Position numbers and translations under genes: made by a program. The notes below the pieces were generated by a model. The model was not told the origin of the DNA, did no database searches, and worked only from the letters and a program-made list of their open reading frames with translations. Of a stretch of DNA of 42,751 bases, positions 20,674 through 29,820 are shown in pieces (positions within the stretch are counted from its first letter, which is position 1; each line of letters opens with the position of its first letter). The DNA is taken from sequence record SRR20825019_2135, one strand, 5' to 3'.

Positions 20674-21231
20674 TCAAGAAAGCTCCGTCTCCAACCGTTC
20701 AAGACAGGCTTCAAGGGGTTTTCGGCTGCCCTGCACGCGGCAGAGGATAAGACCACCTTGTATGCGCTCAATCGCCTCGGTGGCCCAGCGTTCACCGTCG
20801 CGCCTTGAGAAGCCACTGTCAGTGGCTGCAGCGGCAAGCCCCTTTGCCCAGGCATCCACCGCCCCTTTGATCTGCGCGCCAAAAAGGCTGCGCCCTTCGC
20901 CAAGCAACAGGCTGTTCATCAGGCAAATGGGTACGTCGCCGCTATAATATAAAGCTGCCCCTTTAAGGGACGCATGAGCACGCTCAGCGCCAGCACCCTT
21001 GCCTGTGAGCGGCGAAAGCACGAGCCGCTGCAGCTTCGCGCCCGAATGCGCCAGCACATGCGCTGCAATATCCGCCTTGCCACCGGGGAAGTGGTGATAA
21101 AGGCTTGCTTTTGACAACTCCACCGCCTCCGCCAGCATGGAGAGGCTCGCGCCCTCATACCCAAAGCCTTTGAAAACCTCAGTCAACTTGTCGGCCATCA
21201 CAGGCCGGGTGAATTTAGCAATGCGCGGCAT
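20674..21231 (-). CDS. TetR/AcrR family regulator (LmrA/NemR-like)
   Basis: GYEGASLSMLAEAVELSKASLYHHFPGGK HTH; ATG at 21231 with GGGAG RBS. Confidence 0.9.
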   Translation of the reverse strand: MPRIAKFTRPVMADKLTEVFKGFGYEGASLSMLAEAVELSKASLYHHFPGGKADIAAHVLAHSGAKLQRLVLSPLTGKGAGAERAHASLKGAALYYSGDVPICLMNSLLLGEGRSLFGAQIKGAVDAWAKGLAAAATDSGFSRRDGERWATEAIERIQGGLILCRVQGSRKPLEACLERLETELS

Positions 21232-21255
21232 GGTGTTCTCCCAACATACGGTCAT

Positions 21256-21277
21256 ACTAACCAATCGTTCGGTTAGT
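21256..21277. promoter_or_regulatory. TetR-type operator palindrome
   Basis: ACTAACCAATCGTTCGGTTAGT (18 of 22 positions symmetric), about 25 nt upstream of tetR. Confidence 0.75.
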
Positions 21278-21382
21278 TTAAAGATTTGTTTGTGGATGCG
21301 CGCAAATTCTTGTTTTCGCAACTTTGCCCCAATTGATGCCCATGCTAAAAGAGGCTGCAGTGAGGAAAAGGACAACAAACAC

Positions 21383-23392
21383 TTGAGTAAAAAGCCCACC
21401 AAAAAGGCGAGCCCCAAGCAAGGCAAGAACGCCCAGCCTGCGAAAAAGACCTCGGGCCGCGCCAATGCCAAAATGAGGGTTGAGAGCCAAACCCCGCCAA
21501 AGGGGAAATCCCGCCTGCGCCGCATCCTTTATGCTGGTGCTGTTGTGGGCGTGTGGGGTTTTATCATTGGGCTTATCACCCTCGCCTATCTGGCGCTTGA
21601 CCTGCCCAACCTTGATAACCCACCTGCGCCCGGTGCTGGTGACCAGGCCGTTGTGATCAAGGCCGCGAACGGTGCAACCCTTGTGACCCAAGGGCCCATT
21701 TATGGCGACTGGGTGCAATATTCCGAGGCACCGGAAGTCCTTGTGCGGGCCTTTATGGCTGTGGAGGACAGGCATTTTTTCAACCACTCCGGCATCGATA
21801 TACGTGGGCTTGGACGCGCTGTGGTCTCGAATTTGGCCGCAGGCCGGGTGCGCGCGGGCGGCAGCACCATCACCCAGCAACTGGCTAAAAACCTGTTCCT
21901 TTCAAACGAACGCACCATGAAGCGGAAAGCGCAGGAGCTTTTGCTCGCCTTCTGGCTTGAGCAGAAGTTCACCAAAAACCAGATCATGACGCTGTACCTT
22001 AACCGGGTGTATTTTGGCGGTGGGGCCTACGGTATCGACGCGGCGTCCCGCAAGTTTTTCGGCCATAGCGCCACCACGCTTTCGGTAGCGGAAAGTGCCA
22101 TGCTGGCGGGCCTTGTGAAAGCACCCTCAAGCCTCGCACCGCACATCAACCCCGAAGGGGCATGGGACAGGGCGCGGGTTGTGCTCAACACCATGGTGGA
22201 CGCTGGCGCGCTGACGCGCGCGGCAGCGGAGAAGATCAAAACCCAACCACCCACCATCCGCGGCTCTGCCTCGGGCCGTGATGTGCGCTATTTCACCGAC
22301 TGGGTGTTGAGTGAAACGGACAAGGTTGCGCCCATGTCGCGCGGCAAATCGCTAGTCATATACACAACGCTTGACCCCGGCGTGCAGCGCGCGGCAGCCA
22401 TGGCGCTGGACCGTGGCCTTGGGGAAGAAGGCGCGCGGCGCGGCGCAAGCCAGGGTGCCATTGTAGCCATGGACCACGACGGGGCCGTGCGCGGCATGGT
22501 AGGCGGTGCAGATTACGGCAAAAGCCAATATAACCGCGCGGTGCAGGCGCTCAGGCAACCGGGCTCCGCCTTTAAGCTGTTCTCATATCTCGCTGCCCTT
22601 GAAGCAGGTATTGACCCAAACGACCGCTACCGCGACCAGATGATCAATATTGATGGCTGGTCACCCAAAAACTACACCGGCGTGTTTTCAGGCGACATGG
22701 ATGTGCGCGAAGCCTTTGCCCGTTCCATCAACACCGTCGCGGTTCAGGTGGCGGAAGAAGTGGGCCGTGACAGGGTGGCCCTGATGGCAAAACGCCTTGG
22801 CATCACAACCCATGTATCCCCACTCGCGAGCCTGCCGCTCGGCACCGAAGAAGTGAAACTTGTGGACCTGACCGGCGCCTATGCTGCGATCGCCAACGGC
22901 GGCTTTGAAGCAGAGCCTTACGGCATTGTCGAGATCACCACGCTTGAGGGGCAAGTGATATACCGGCGCAACCCCTTAAGCCCGCGCGCGGTGCTCACTT
23001 ACCCTGTGGTGGAAGATATGGCGAGCATGCTGACCTCCGTTGTTGAATGGGGTTCAGGCAAAAACGCACAAATCGACCGGCCAGCCGCGGGCAAATCCGG
23101 CACCTCGCAAGACAGCCGCGATGCGGTGTTTGCCGGTTTCACCAGCGATATGACGGCAGCGGTGTGGGTTGGTAATGATGACGGCACGCCCATGAAAGGT
23201 GTCACCGGTGGCGGCTTGCCTGCCCGCATCTGGGGTGATTTCATGCTGGAAGCCCACGCAGGAGAACCCGTGAGGCCGCTCCTTGCCGATTCTGCGCTTT
23301 TCATCAAAGCTGCAAAAGATTACGAGGAAGAACGTGAAGATGAAGACGGCGATAAAAAGAAGGGGTTCTTTCGCCGTTTGTTTGGCAACTGA
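21383..23392 (+). CDS. class A penicillin-binding protein (PBP1A family)
   Basis: Transglycosylase EDRHFF.H.G, GGSTITQQLAKN, RKAQE, YLNRVYFG; transpeptidase SAFK, SIN, KSGT; TTG start inferred. Confidence 0.95.
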   Translation: MSKKPTKKASPKQGKNAQPAKKTSGRANAKMRVESQTPPKGKSRLRRILYAGAVVGVWGFIIGLITLAYLALDLPNLDNPPAPGAGDQAVVIKAANGATLVTQGPIYGDWVQYSEAPEVLVRAFMAVEDRHFFNHSGIDIRGLGRAVVSNLAAGRVRAGGSTITQQLAKNLFLSNERTMKRKAQELLLAFWLEQKFTKNQIMTLYLNRVYFGGGAYGIDAASRKFFGHSATTLSVAESAMLAGLVKAPSSLAPHINPEGAWDRARVVLNTMVDAGALTRAAAEKIKTQPPTIRGSASGRDVRYFTDWVLSETDKVAPMSRGKSLVIYTTLDPGVQRAAAMALDRGLGEEGARRGASQGAIVAMDHDGAVRGMVGGADYGKSQYNRAVQALRQPGSAFKLFSYLAALEAGIDPNDRYRDQMINIDGWSPKNYTGVFSGDMDVREAFARSINTVAVQVAEEVGRDRVALMAKRLGITTHVSPLASLPLGTEEVKLVDLTGAYAAIANGGFEAEPYGIVEITTLEGQVIYRRNPLSPRAVLTYPVVEDMASMLTSVVEWGSGKNAQIDRPAAGKSGTSQDSRDAVFAGFTSDMTAAVWVGNDDGTPMKGVTGGGLPARIWGDFMLEAHAGEPVRPLLADSALFIKAAKDYEEEREDEDGDKKKGFFRRLFGN

Positions 23393-23402
23393 GGATAAGC
23401 TG

Positions 23403-23798
23403 ATGCAGAGAGCAAAAACCCGCAACCCCAAGGTTGATGCATTCCTTGACGGGCTGGCTCACGCTGAGCGTGACACGATTGATCTGTTGCGCGATATGGT
23501 GCTGGGCATTAGCGATGAAATTTCTGAGCAGATCAAATGGAATGGCCCGAGCTTTTGCATTGATGGTGACGACCGGCTGACCATGCGACTGGCCCCCAAG
23601 GGTGGGCTGCAGATGATCTTCCATTGCGGCGCGAAGGGCGCAGCCGACAAGGTTGTCGATTTTAAAGACACCACCGGCCGGATGACATGGCCTGCCGCCA
23701 ACCGTGGTGTGCTCAGCATCGACACAAAAGACGATATTCTGGCGGAAGCGGATGGGCTCAAAAACCTGTTTGGCAGCTGGATTTTCGCTGCGCGTTAA
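23403..23798 (+). CDS. DUF1801 (YdhG-like) protein
   Basis: VDAFL...LRDMVL...EQIKWNGPSF. Confidence 0.8.
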   Translation: MQRAKTRNPKVDAFLDGLAHAERDTIDLLRDMVLGISDEISEQIKWNGPSFCIDGDDRLTMRLAPKGGLQMIFHCGAKGAADKVVDFKDTTGRMTWPAANRGVLSIDTKDDILAEADGLKNLFGSWIFAAR

Positions 23799-23799
23799 C

Positions 23800-23892
23800 G
23801 CACCACACTTTACGCCACACCTACGCCACAAAAACCGTCACACTTTCACCCAAAAAACGGGGTTATGCCACACATCTGTGGCGTAATTTGGG
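23800..23892. repeat. intergenic ACGCCACA-type direct repeats plus an inverted repeat
   Basis: TACGCCACA at 23811 and 23822, degenerate copies near 23800 and 23835; TTATGCCACA-catc-TGTGGCGTAA hairpin at 23863-23886. Confidence 0.7.
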
Positions 23893-23911
23893 GGCCTGCA
23901 CGGCTCGTCAG

Positions 23912-23927
23912 ATGCGGCATATCGTCC
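23912..23927 (+). promoter_or_regulatory. putative RegA/PrrA-type box upstream of the globin
   Basis: ATGCGGCATATCGTCC; resembles GCGGC-N5-GTCGC; near-identical copy at 26898. Confidence 0.5.
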
Positions 23928-24002
23928 TCATCGACACACAAGCCTTGTGTATTTTGCGCCACCTATTATCTATAGACTTGCTTTTAGATAATAGGAAAAG
24001 CC

Positions 24003-24407
24003 ATGACCGCTATTAGTGGAAACCTGGACCGCAGCCTGATCAAATCCTTCGTGGAGGCCTTTTATCAGGGCATCCGCGCGCACGCTGTTCTGGGCCCGAT
24101 TTTTGAAGACAAACTGGCGGATCACTGGGACGCGCATATCGAAACCCTGACCGATTTCTGGATGACGGTTTTGGCGGGTGAGCGAGCCTATAAGGGCAAC
24201 CCGTTTGCGGTTCACAAACGCCTTGAAGGCCTTGAGGCGAGCCACTTTCCGCTCTGGCTTGAGGTTTTTGACGAGACCGCGACGCGGGAGTTGTCACCCG
24301 AGCTGGCCGCCTATGCTACCGAGAAAGCGCACCGGATTGCGGACAGCCTGAAACAGGGGCTTTTCTTCCGGCCAGAGTTTGCACTTAGGCCCGCAGGCGC
24401 GTCCTGA
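24003..24407 (+). CDS. group III truncated hemoglobin (TrHb3/HbP)
   Basis: FVEAFYQGIRAHAVLGPIF, WDAHIETLTDFW, Y.GNP..VH, HFPLWL.VF, KAHRIA.SL. Confidence 0.92.
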   Translation: MTAISGNLDRSLIKSFVEAFYQGIRAHAVLGPIFEDKLADHWDAHIETLTDFWMTVLAGERAYKGNPFAVHKRLEGLEASHFPLWLEVFDETATRELSPELAAYATEKAHRIADSLKQGLFFRPEFALRPAGAS

Positions 24408-24409
24408 AA

Positions 24410-25114
24410 TCATTCAAACCGCACGGCCATAAGCGCTTGGCCTTCCGCGCCCTTAAGCCGCTTGCGCTGGATCTTATAATCGGGCCGGAGCTGGCCAACA
24501 TGGGCCCAGAAACGGGGGCTGTGGTTCATCTCAAGAAGGTGCGCAACCTCGTGCGCGACAACATAATCCAGCACTTCGTCCGCCGCCATGATCAGCCGCC
24601 AGTTGAATTTCAGCGTGCGTGCGCTCGAGCAACTGCCCCACCGGCTCCGCATATCCCCAATCGCCAGACGATCAAACGTTATGCCAAGCGCTTCGGCGTG
24701 ATGATCCGCACAGCGCCTTAGCTGCGCTCTGGCTTCCGATTTCAGCCATGACATCAAGCGCTTGGGCGCCATATCCCGTGGGCCGCCAACCGTGATAACA
24801 CCGTCGCCCTGCGTAACCTTACGCGGGCTCATATCGGTGAACTCAAGCCTGTGCGGCACCCCGCGAAAGCTGAAAAATGTGCCGTCCATCACAAGAGGTG
24901 CCGTGGGCAGTGCTGCCCGGGCGTCCTCAAGCCATGAGGTGTGTTTTTCCATAAACTTGCGTGCTGCACGCAGGCTGGCACGCTTCGGCAGCGTTAATTT
25001 CACTTCTTTTGAAATATCGCAAATGCGCAGGATCATGCGCTTTGCTCGCCCGCTTCGACGCACGCGAACCGGCACCTCCTCGCCTGAAAGCGTGATATGA
25101 AGCGGCTCGTTCAC
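24410..25114 (-). CDS. YgjP/DUF45 (M48/SprT-like) zinc metallohydrolase
   Basis: SRWGSCS, FNWRLI, YVVAHEVAHL.EMNHS.RFW. Confidence 0.9.
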   Translation of the reverse strand: MNEPLHITLSGEEVPVRVRRSGRAKRMILRICDISKEVKLTLPKRASLRAARKFMEKHTSWLEDARAALPTAPLVMDGTFFSFRGVPHRLEFTDMSPRKVTQGDGVITVGGPRDMAPKRLMSWLKSEARAQLRRCADHHAEALGITFDRLAIGDMRSRWGSCSSARTLKFNWRLIMAADEVLDYVVAHEVAHLLEMNHSPRFWAHVGQLRPDYKIQRKRLKGAEGQALMAVRFE

Positions 25115-25734
25115 CCTTCGCGGCCGCCGGTCTCTGCCTGTGTTTTGGCGTCTGCCTGTGCTTTGGCTTTCGATTGTGCATGATTGGTTTTCTGCTCACC
25201 CCACCAGCGCCAGAGCTGCGGGTGGCCCACATCCTTGGCCAGATGAATGTTTGCCATCTTGCTGCCAAGGAAATAGCCCGCATAAGCCGCGAGGAAGTTG
25301 ATCCAGATGTAGGAATTGCCGCCAATCTCCCAATATTGGAACCAGAGAATCGCGGACACGAAGTTCATGATGCTGTTGATTATGAAATTGACGATGAGGT
25401 CGATACCGATATTGATCGTCCAGTTTGCCGGGTTCAGCATCTTGCCAAGGAAACTGATAATCTCCAGAAGCTCAATCACAAAATAGGTGTAGAAAGCTGC
25501 GGTGCCGTAAAAGCCACCGCCAAATGTCATCCATTTTTTGAGCGCAAAGTTGGTTTCTTTTTCCTTGCGCTCCTTTCGGCCCTTCTTCAGCGCCTTGAGC
25601 TTTTCTTCCAGCTCTTTTTTGTTACCAAAAGGTTCGATCTTGCCGCTGTGCAGCATCCAGCCAATAAGGAAATACGCGGTGATACCGACCGGTATCATCA
25701 CCTTGAATACAGATATAAATATCGCAGAAAACAA
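25111..25734 (-). CDS. hypothetical multi-pass membrane protein
   Basis: About 4 hydrophobic segments, KWMTFGGGFYG motif; co-oriented between ycgN and ygjP with a GTGA overlap. Confidence 0.7.
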   Translation of the reverse strand: MFSAIFISVFKVMIPVGITAYFLIGWMLHSGKIEPFGNKKELEEKLKALKKGRKERKEKETNFALKKWMTFGGGFYGTAAFYTYFVIELLEIISFLGKMLNPANWTINIGIDLIVNFIINSIMNFVSAILWFQYWEIGGNSYIWINFLAAYAGYFLGSKMANIHLAKDVGHPQLWRWWGEQKTNHAQSKAKAQADAKTQAETGGREG

Positions 25735-25773
25735 GACTATTCCCCCATGTCACCACCTGCATGGCCCGCGTGC

Positions 25774-26214
25774 TCAGGCAGGCCAGTCCACCAGATGATC
25801 TTCATAATCGCCGGCAACACGCTCATCAACAGCGCGGCCCCTAACCGACTGCCCCGCTTTATGCACGCTGTCCCTTGAGCCAGAGACAAGCGGGTGCCAG
25901 TCAAAAAGATCCTTCCCCTCATATAAGAGACGGTAAGCGCAGGTTGAAGGCATCCACGGCAATTTATCAAGCAGGTCCGGGCTCATCACCACACAGTTCC
26001 CCACATAGCGTTGACGCACCATATATTTGCTGCAGGCTGTGGTTTCCGCATCCAGAAAGCGGCAAGCGATATCGGTATAGTGAATTTCGCCCGTGTCTTC
26101 GTCTTCAAGCTTGTGAAGGCAGCATTTACCACACCCATCACACAGGCTTTCCCACTCTTCGCGGGTCATCTCATGCAGCTTTTTTTCTTTCCAGAAAGGC
26201 ATTAATTCGCTCAC
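25774..26214 (-). CDS. YcgN (UPF0260) cysteine-cluster protein
   Basis: EWESLCDGCGKCCLHK, WMPSTCAYR, WHPLVSG. Confidence 0.93.
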   Translation of the reverse strand: MSELMPFWKEKKLHEMTREEWESLCDGCGKCCLHKLEDEDTGEIHYTDIACRFLDAETTACSKYMVRQRYVGNCVVMSPDLLDKLPWMPSTCAYRLLYEGKDLFDWHPLVSGSRDSVHKAGQSVRGRAVDERVAGDYEDHLVDWPA

Positions 26215-26795
26215 TTCAACACCGGCTTCAATGCATTTGCCATGTCTTCCGGGTTATCACGCGCAGAGAACAGGCTCTGGTATTCGCCCTTCGGGTCCAT
26301 CACAAGAATAAAGGACTGGTGGTCCATCAGATACCCGTCAACGCCTTCTTGCACCCGCTTCTTGAAATATACACGGTATTTTTGCGCAACGTCTTGAATT
26401 TCTTCCATGGTGCCCGTGAGTGCAATCAGGCGCGGATGGAAGTCCGTAACATAGTCGTCCAGCGCTTCAACGGTATCCCGTTCCGGGTCAACAGTAATGA
26501 AAAGCGGCTGCAAGGGTGAGGTATCAAAACCTTCGTCTTCAAGTAGCTGCAGCGCACGAGTCATCTTCGCAAGCTCAAGCGGGCATACATCCGGGCAAAA
26601 GCTGTAACCAAAATAGATGAGCATATATTTGCCGCGAAAATCCTCGTTGCTCATGCGTTCGCCCGTGTGGGCCGTCAGCGTGAAATCGCCGCCAAGCGCT
26701 GCGCCAACATCTTTGCTACTGGTAAATTTCTGCGCGAGCATAAAAATCGCAACCGCTGCGACGGCAGCCCAGGCCACTATACGTATCACTTTCAT
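26211..26795 (-). CDS. senC: SCO1/SenC copper chaperone
   Basis: YFGYSFCPDVCP, ITVDPERDT, YLMDH; N-terminal TM anchor. Confidence 0.93.
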   Translation of the reverse strand: MKVIRIVAWAAVAAVAIFMLAQKFTSSKDVGAALGGDFTLTAHTGERMSNEDFRGKYMLIYFGYSFCPDVCPLELAKMTRALQLLEDEGFDTSPLQPLFITVDPERDTVEALDDYVTDFHPRLIALTGTMEEIQDVAQKYRVYFKKRVQEGVDGYLMDHQSFILVMDPKGEYQSLFSARDNPEDMANALKPVLK

Positions 26796-26897
26796 GCCAC
26801 ATCTCCATAAATTGATCGCTGTTGGGGAGAAACTTCTCCCTTTACCCTTGTGATCGTGGAGTTGTTATAGAAATATGAAGGCCAGATGTCACCTTAC

Positions 26898-26913
26898 ATG
26901 CGGCATATCGCCC
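26898..26913 (+). promoter_or_regulatory. putative RegA/PrrA-type box in the senC/ankyrin divergent region
   Basis: ATGCGGCATATCGCCC; 15 of 16 identical to the 23912 site. Confidence 0.5.
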
Positions 26914-26948
26914 AACGTGATGACAAATAATTGAAAATGGAGTTCTTA

Positions 26949-27518
26949 ATGTTTGCGATCAAACGCGCCCTGATGCTTGTCTGCCTTCTTATGGGGGTCA
27001 CCGCTGTGACCGCACCGTCGATGGCAATCAACCCGCAGTATGACCTGCTTAAAGCGGTTGAGGAGGACGACATCAATAAAGCGACTGATCTGCTTTCAAA
27101 AGGAACCTCCCCTGACACCCGCCGCCGCAGCGACAGTATTCCCGCGATTCTGATCGCCGCCGAGAAGGGCAATATGGCGATGATGAAGCTGTTACTTGAT
27201 TATCGCGCCAATCCTGACCTCGCGGACCGCAACCGCGGTGAAACAGCCCTGATGAAACGCGCCGTGGCCGGTGACACCGCCATGATCCAGTTGCTTTTGA
27301 GCTACAAGGCCGACCCGAACCGGGCTGATATTGCGCAGGAAACGCCGCTTATTAAGGCAGTGCGCAGCCGCAAATTTAAGGCTGTTGAAGTACTGCTGGA
27401 TGCAGGTGCCGACCCCAACGTGCAGGACCTTACCGGCAAAACCGCGCTCGAGTATGCTAAGTTGAACCGGAACCGCCGCATGGTGCGGGCGCTAGAGGAT
27501 GCGGGGGCGACCTATTAA
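26949..27518 (+). CDS. secreted ankyrin-repeat protein
   Basis: Signal peptide; repeats GETALM.., ETPLIKA.., GKTALEYA, LL..GADPN. Confidence 0.9.
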   Translation: MFAIKRALMLVCLLMGVTAVTAPSMAINPQYDLLKAVEEDDINKATDLLSKGTSPDTRRRSDSIPAILIAAEKGNMAMMKLLLDYRANPDLADRNRGETALMKRAVAGDTAMIQLLLSYKADPNRADIAQETPLIKAVRSRKFKAVEVLLDAGADPNVQDLTGKTALEYAKLNRNRRMVRALEDAGATY

Positions 27519-28473
27519 CGAGCTGGTTGGCACATTCTTAACTGCTGATGCCGATTGGCTGTTATTATTCAGCCTCGGCCTTCTCGTTGAACTGGTGCTG
27601 GGTGGCAAGAAAATTCTTGGCCGCCTGCCCAGCACCGACACCCTGATTAACCTGCCCTTTTCTTTCTTCAAAAAACGGCTCGACCGGGCAAACCGAAGCC
27701 CGGGTGCCTTGAAGTTGCGTGGTTTACTGACCCTTGTCGTGCTGTTTCCCATCGCTGTATACGCGGGCGCTCTTCTCAACACCTTCATGGTGATGGAACC
27801 TTTTGGCCCACCCGTTGCCGCCCTCTTCATCGCGCGGTCCATCAACCTGCGCGGCATGTGGGAAGAAACGGTTGCCACCGCTCAAAAACAAAATGCAGGT
27901 ATGCATGCGGCCCTTCGTACAGGAAATGCGCAGCTGGTGCTCAATATCACGCGCGACTGGGGCGCGAACATGGTGTTGTTCACACTCGGTGGTTTTGCAC
28001 TGATGCTACCGTTTCGTCTGTGCTGCGTAGCCCTTGACGGTATTAACCCCACCAGCGCCGCCTGGCCCAAGGCACCTTTCACTCGTCCTTTTATCCTGCT
28101 CTATGACCTGATGGCCCTGCCCGGCGCGCTTTTAATGAGCCTTTGTTTTTCACTCGCACCCATACTGGTGCCCGGCACAAAATTGGGGGCAGCGCGCGGC
28201 CCCATTGCTGAAAGCACTAGGCATGGCGGACTTCGTGGCATTTTGTCGCGGATAATTCCGCTTTCAATTGTGGCATATGGCCTTGGCTACGCTTTTCGTT
28301 TTGATGGAAGCGGGTCGGGGAAAGCCAAACGCTGGCTCGGCCCCAAGGATGGACGCGCCCGGCTTGAAAGCAGCGACACCCGCCAGACCGCCATGTTTCT
28401 TTTAGCGTCTGGCGCGTGGATGGCGCTTGTTATGATTATGATGGCGATGTTGATTCTTCTGGCCAAAAACTAG
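27499..28473 (+). CDS. divergent CobD/CbiB-like membrane protein
   Basis: N-terminal LGLLVELVLG...RLDRANRSPGALKLRG pattern resembles CbiB; conserved core motifs not recognisable; start uncertain. Confidence 0.5.
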   Translation: MRGRPINELVGTFLTADADWLLLFSLGLLVELVLGGKKILGRLPSTDTLINLPFSFFKKRLDRANRSPGALKLRGLLTLVVLFPIAVYAGALLNTFMVMEPFGPPVAALFIARSINLRGMWEETVATAQKQNAGMHAALRTGNAQLVLNITRDWGANMVLFTLGGFALMLPFRLCCVALDGINPTSAAWPKAPFTRPFILLYDLMALPGALLMSLCFSLAPILVPGTKLGAARGPIAESTRHGGLRGILSRIIPLSIVAYGLGYAFRFDGSGSGKAKRWLGPKDGRARLESSDTRQTAMFLLASGAWMALVMIMMAMLILLAKN

Positions 28474-28482
28474 GACATTCGG

Positions 28483-29820
28483 GTGCCACAAAACAAAAAA
28501 GACAATGAAGACCTGATCCTGTTTGATCTCGATATGCCCCATGGCGGCGGCGTGCGGCTTGGCACGCTTGTGATGATTCGCTGGATGGGTATCGCGGGCC
28601 AACTTCTCGCGCTGATCGTGGTTGGCGGTGTGCTGCGGTTTGACCTGCTCCTGCACTTCACGTTGCCTATTGTGCTTGTGTCTGCGCTGATCAACATGTG
28701 GTTTTCCTTCCGGGCGGACAAAAACACCCGGCTGAATGACCGGCAATCTGCCGCCCATTTGGCATTTGACCTCGTCCACCTCGCGGCGCTTCTATTTGTG
28801 ACCGGTGGGCTCGCAAACCCTTTTGCGCTGCTGATGATATCTCCCACCAGCGTGTCGGCGTCCATTCTCGGGCGGCGCAGCACCAAATATCTGATCATGC
28901 TTTCGCTCCTACTGGTAACCGCGCTGGCGTTCACGCCCTTCCCGCTACCGTGGGACGGCACCCCGCCGCGCATTGACCCGCTTCTACTCGCAGGGCTTTG
29001 GATCGCGCTGTGTTTTACGCTTGTGTTCCTCGCGCTTTATATGGCGCGGGTCGGGCGCGAAGGGCGCCACCGGGCGCGGGCGCTGGCGGCCACACAGGCA
29101 GCGCTTGAGCACGAACAGCGGCTTGCGGCGCTTGGCACATTGGCGGCCGCTGCCGCGCACGAACTTGGCACCCCGCTTGGCACCATCCTGCTCGCCTCCA
29201 AGGAATTGTTGGAAACATGGGAAGGCGATGGTGATACCAAAGCTGACCTCGAGCTGATCGTACAGGAAACCAGTCGTTGCCGCGATATCCTCTCGCAATT
29301 GCGTGAGCACCGGCAGGCAGGCTCCGCTGAGCATTTCACCCATATCGAGCTTGAAGCCCTTTTGCGAGAAGCAGCCGCACCGCACGAAGAACGCGGCATC
29401 AAAATCAAATTTGTAGCTGACGGCATTGGTGCGCTGAGAGTGGGACGTTCGCCTGAGTTTATTCATGCCATACGCAATATCGTTGAAAATGCAGTCGGCT
29501 ACGCAACGTCCCTCGTTCAGGTCAGCGCAGGATGGGATGAGGATACAGTTTCCATCACCATCGTCGATGATGGGCCCGGCTTCGACCCGCAGATCATTCG
29601 CCGCCTTGGTGAGCCCTATGTCACCACGCGCCACCCCACACCGGGACGGGACGGCGGGCTGGGCCTTGGGCTTTTCATTGCCAAAACACTGCTTGAACGC
29701 ACAGGCGCCACAGTAGAATTTGGCATGGGTAGCGCCGGCGGTGCAGAAATTCTGATAGAATGGCCCAGGCGACGGCTAGAGTTTGCACCGCAAGAACCAC
29801 GACAGGATAAAAAAGCATGA
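28483..29820 (+). CDS. regB: RegB/PrrB/ActS redox-sensing histidine kinase
   Basis: Quinone-binding GGLANPF, H-box AAAAAHELGTPL, redox Cys in SRCRDIL, DDGPGF, GLGLGLFIA. Confidence 0.96.
   Translation: MPQNKKDNEDLILFDLDMPHGGGVRLGTLVMIRWMGIAGQLLALIVVGGVLRFDLLLHFTLPIVLVSALINMWFSFRADKNTRLNDRQSAAHLAFDLVHLAALLFVTGGLANPFALLMISPTSVSASILGRRSTKYLIMLSLLLVTALAFTPFPLPWDGTPPRIDPLLLAGLWIALCFTLVFLALYMARVGREGRHRARALAATQAALEHEQRLAALGTLAAAAAHELGTPLGTILLASKELLETWEGDGDTKADLELIVQETSRCRDILSQLREHRQAGSAEHFTHIELEALLREAAAPHEERGIKIKFVADGIGALRVGRSPEFIHAIRNIVENAVGYATSLVQVSAGWDEDTVSITIVDDGPGFDPQIIRRLGEPYVTTRHPTPGRDGGLGLGLFIAKTLLERTGATVEFGMGSAGGAEILIEWPRRRLEFAPQEPRQDKKA

Noticed and set aside
21137-21525. Apparent 390-nt overlap of the tetR and PBP1A ORFs
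   Set aside because: Artefact of longest-ORF calling; likely starts at 21231 and 21383 leave a normal divergent promoter
23800-23892. Repeat array as a CRISPR
   Set aside because: Repeats only about 9 nt, no spacers, no cas genes
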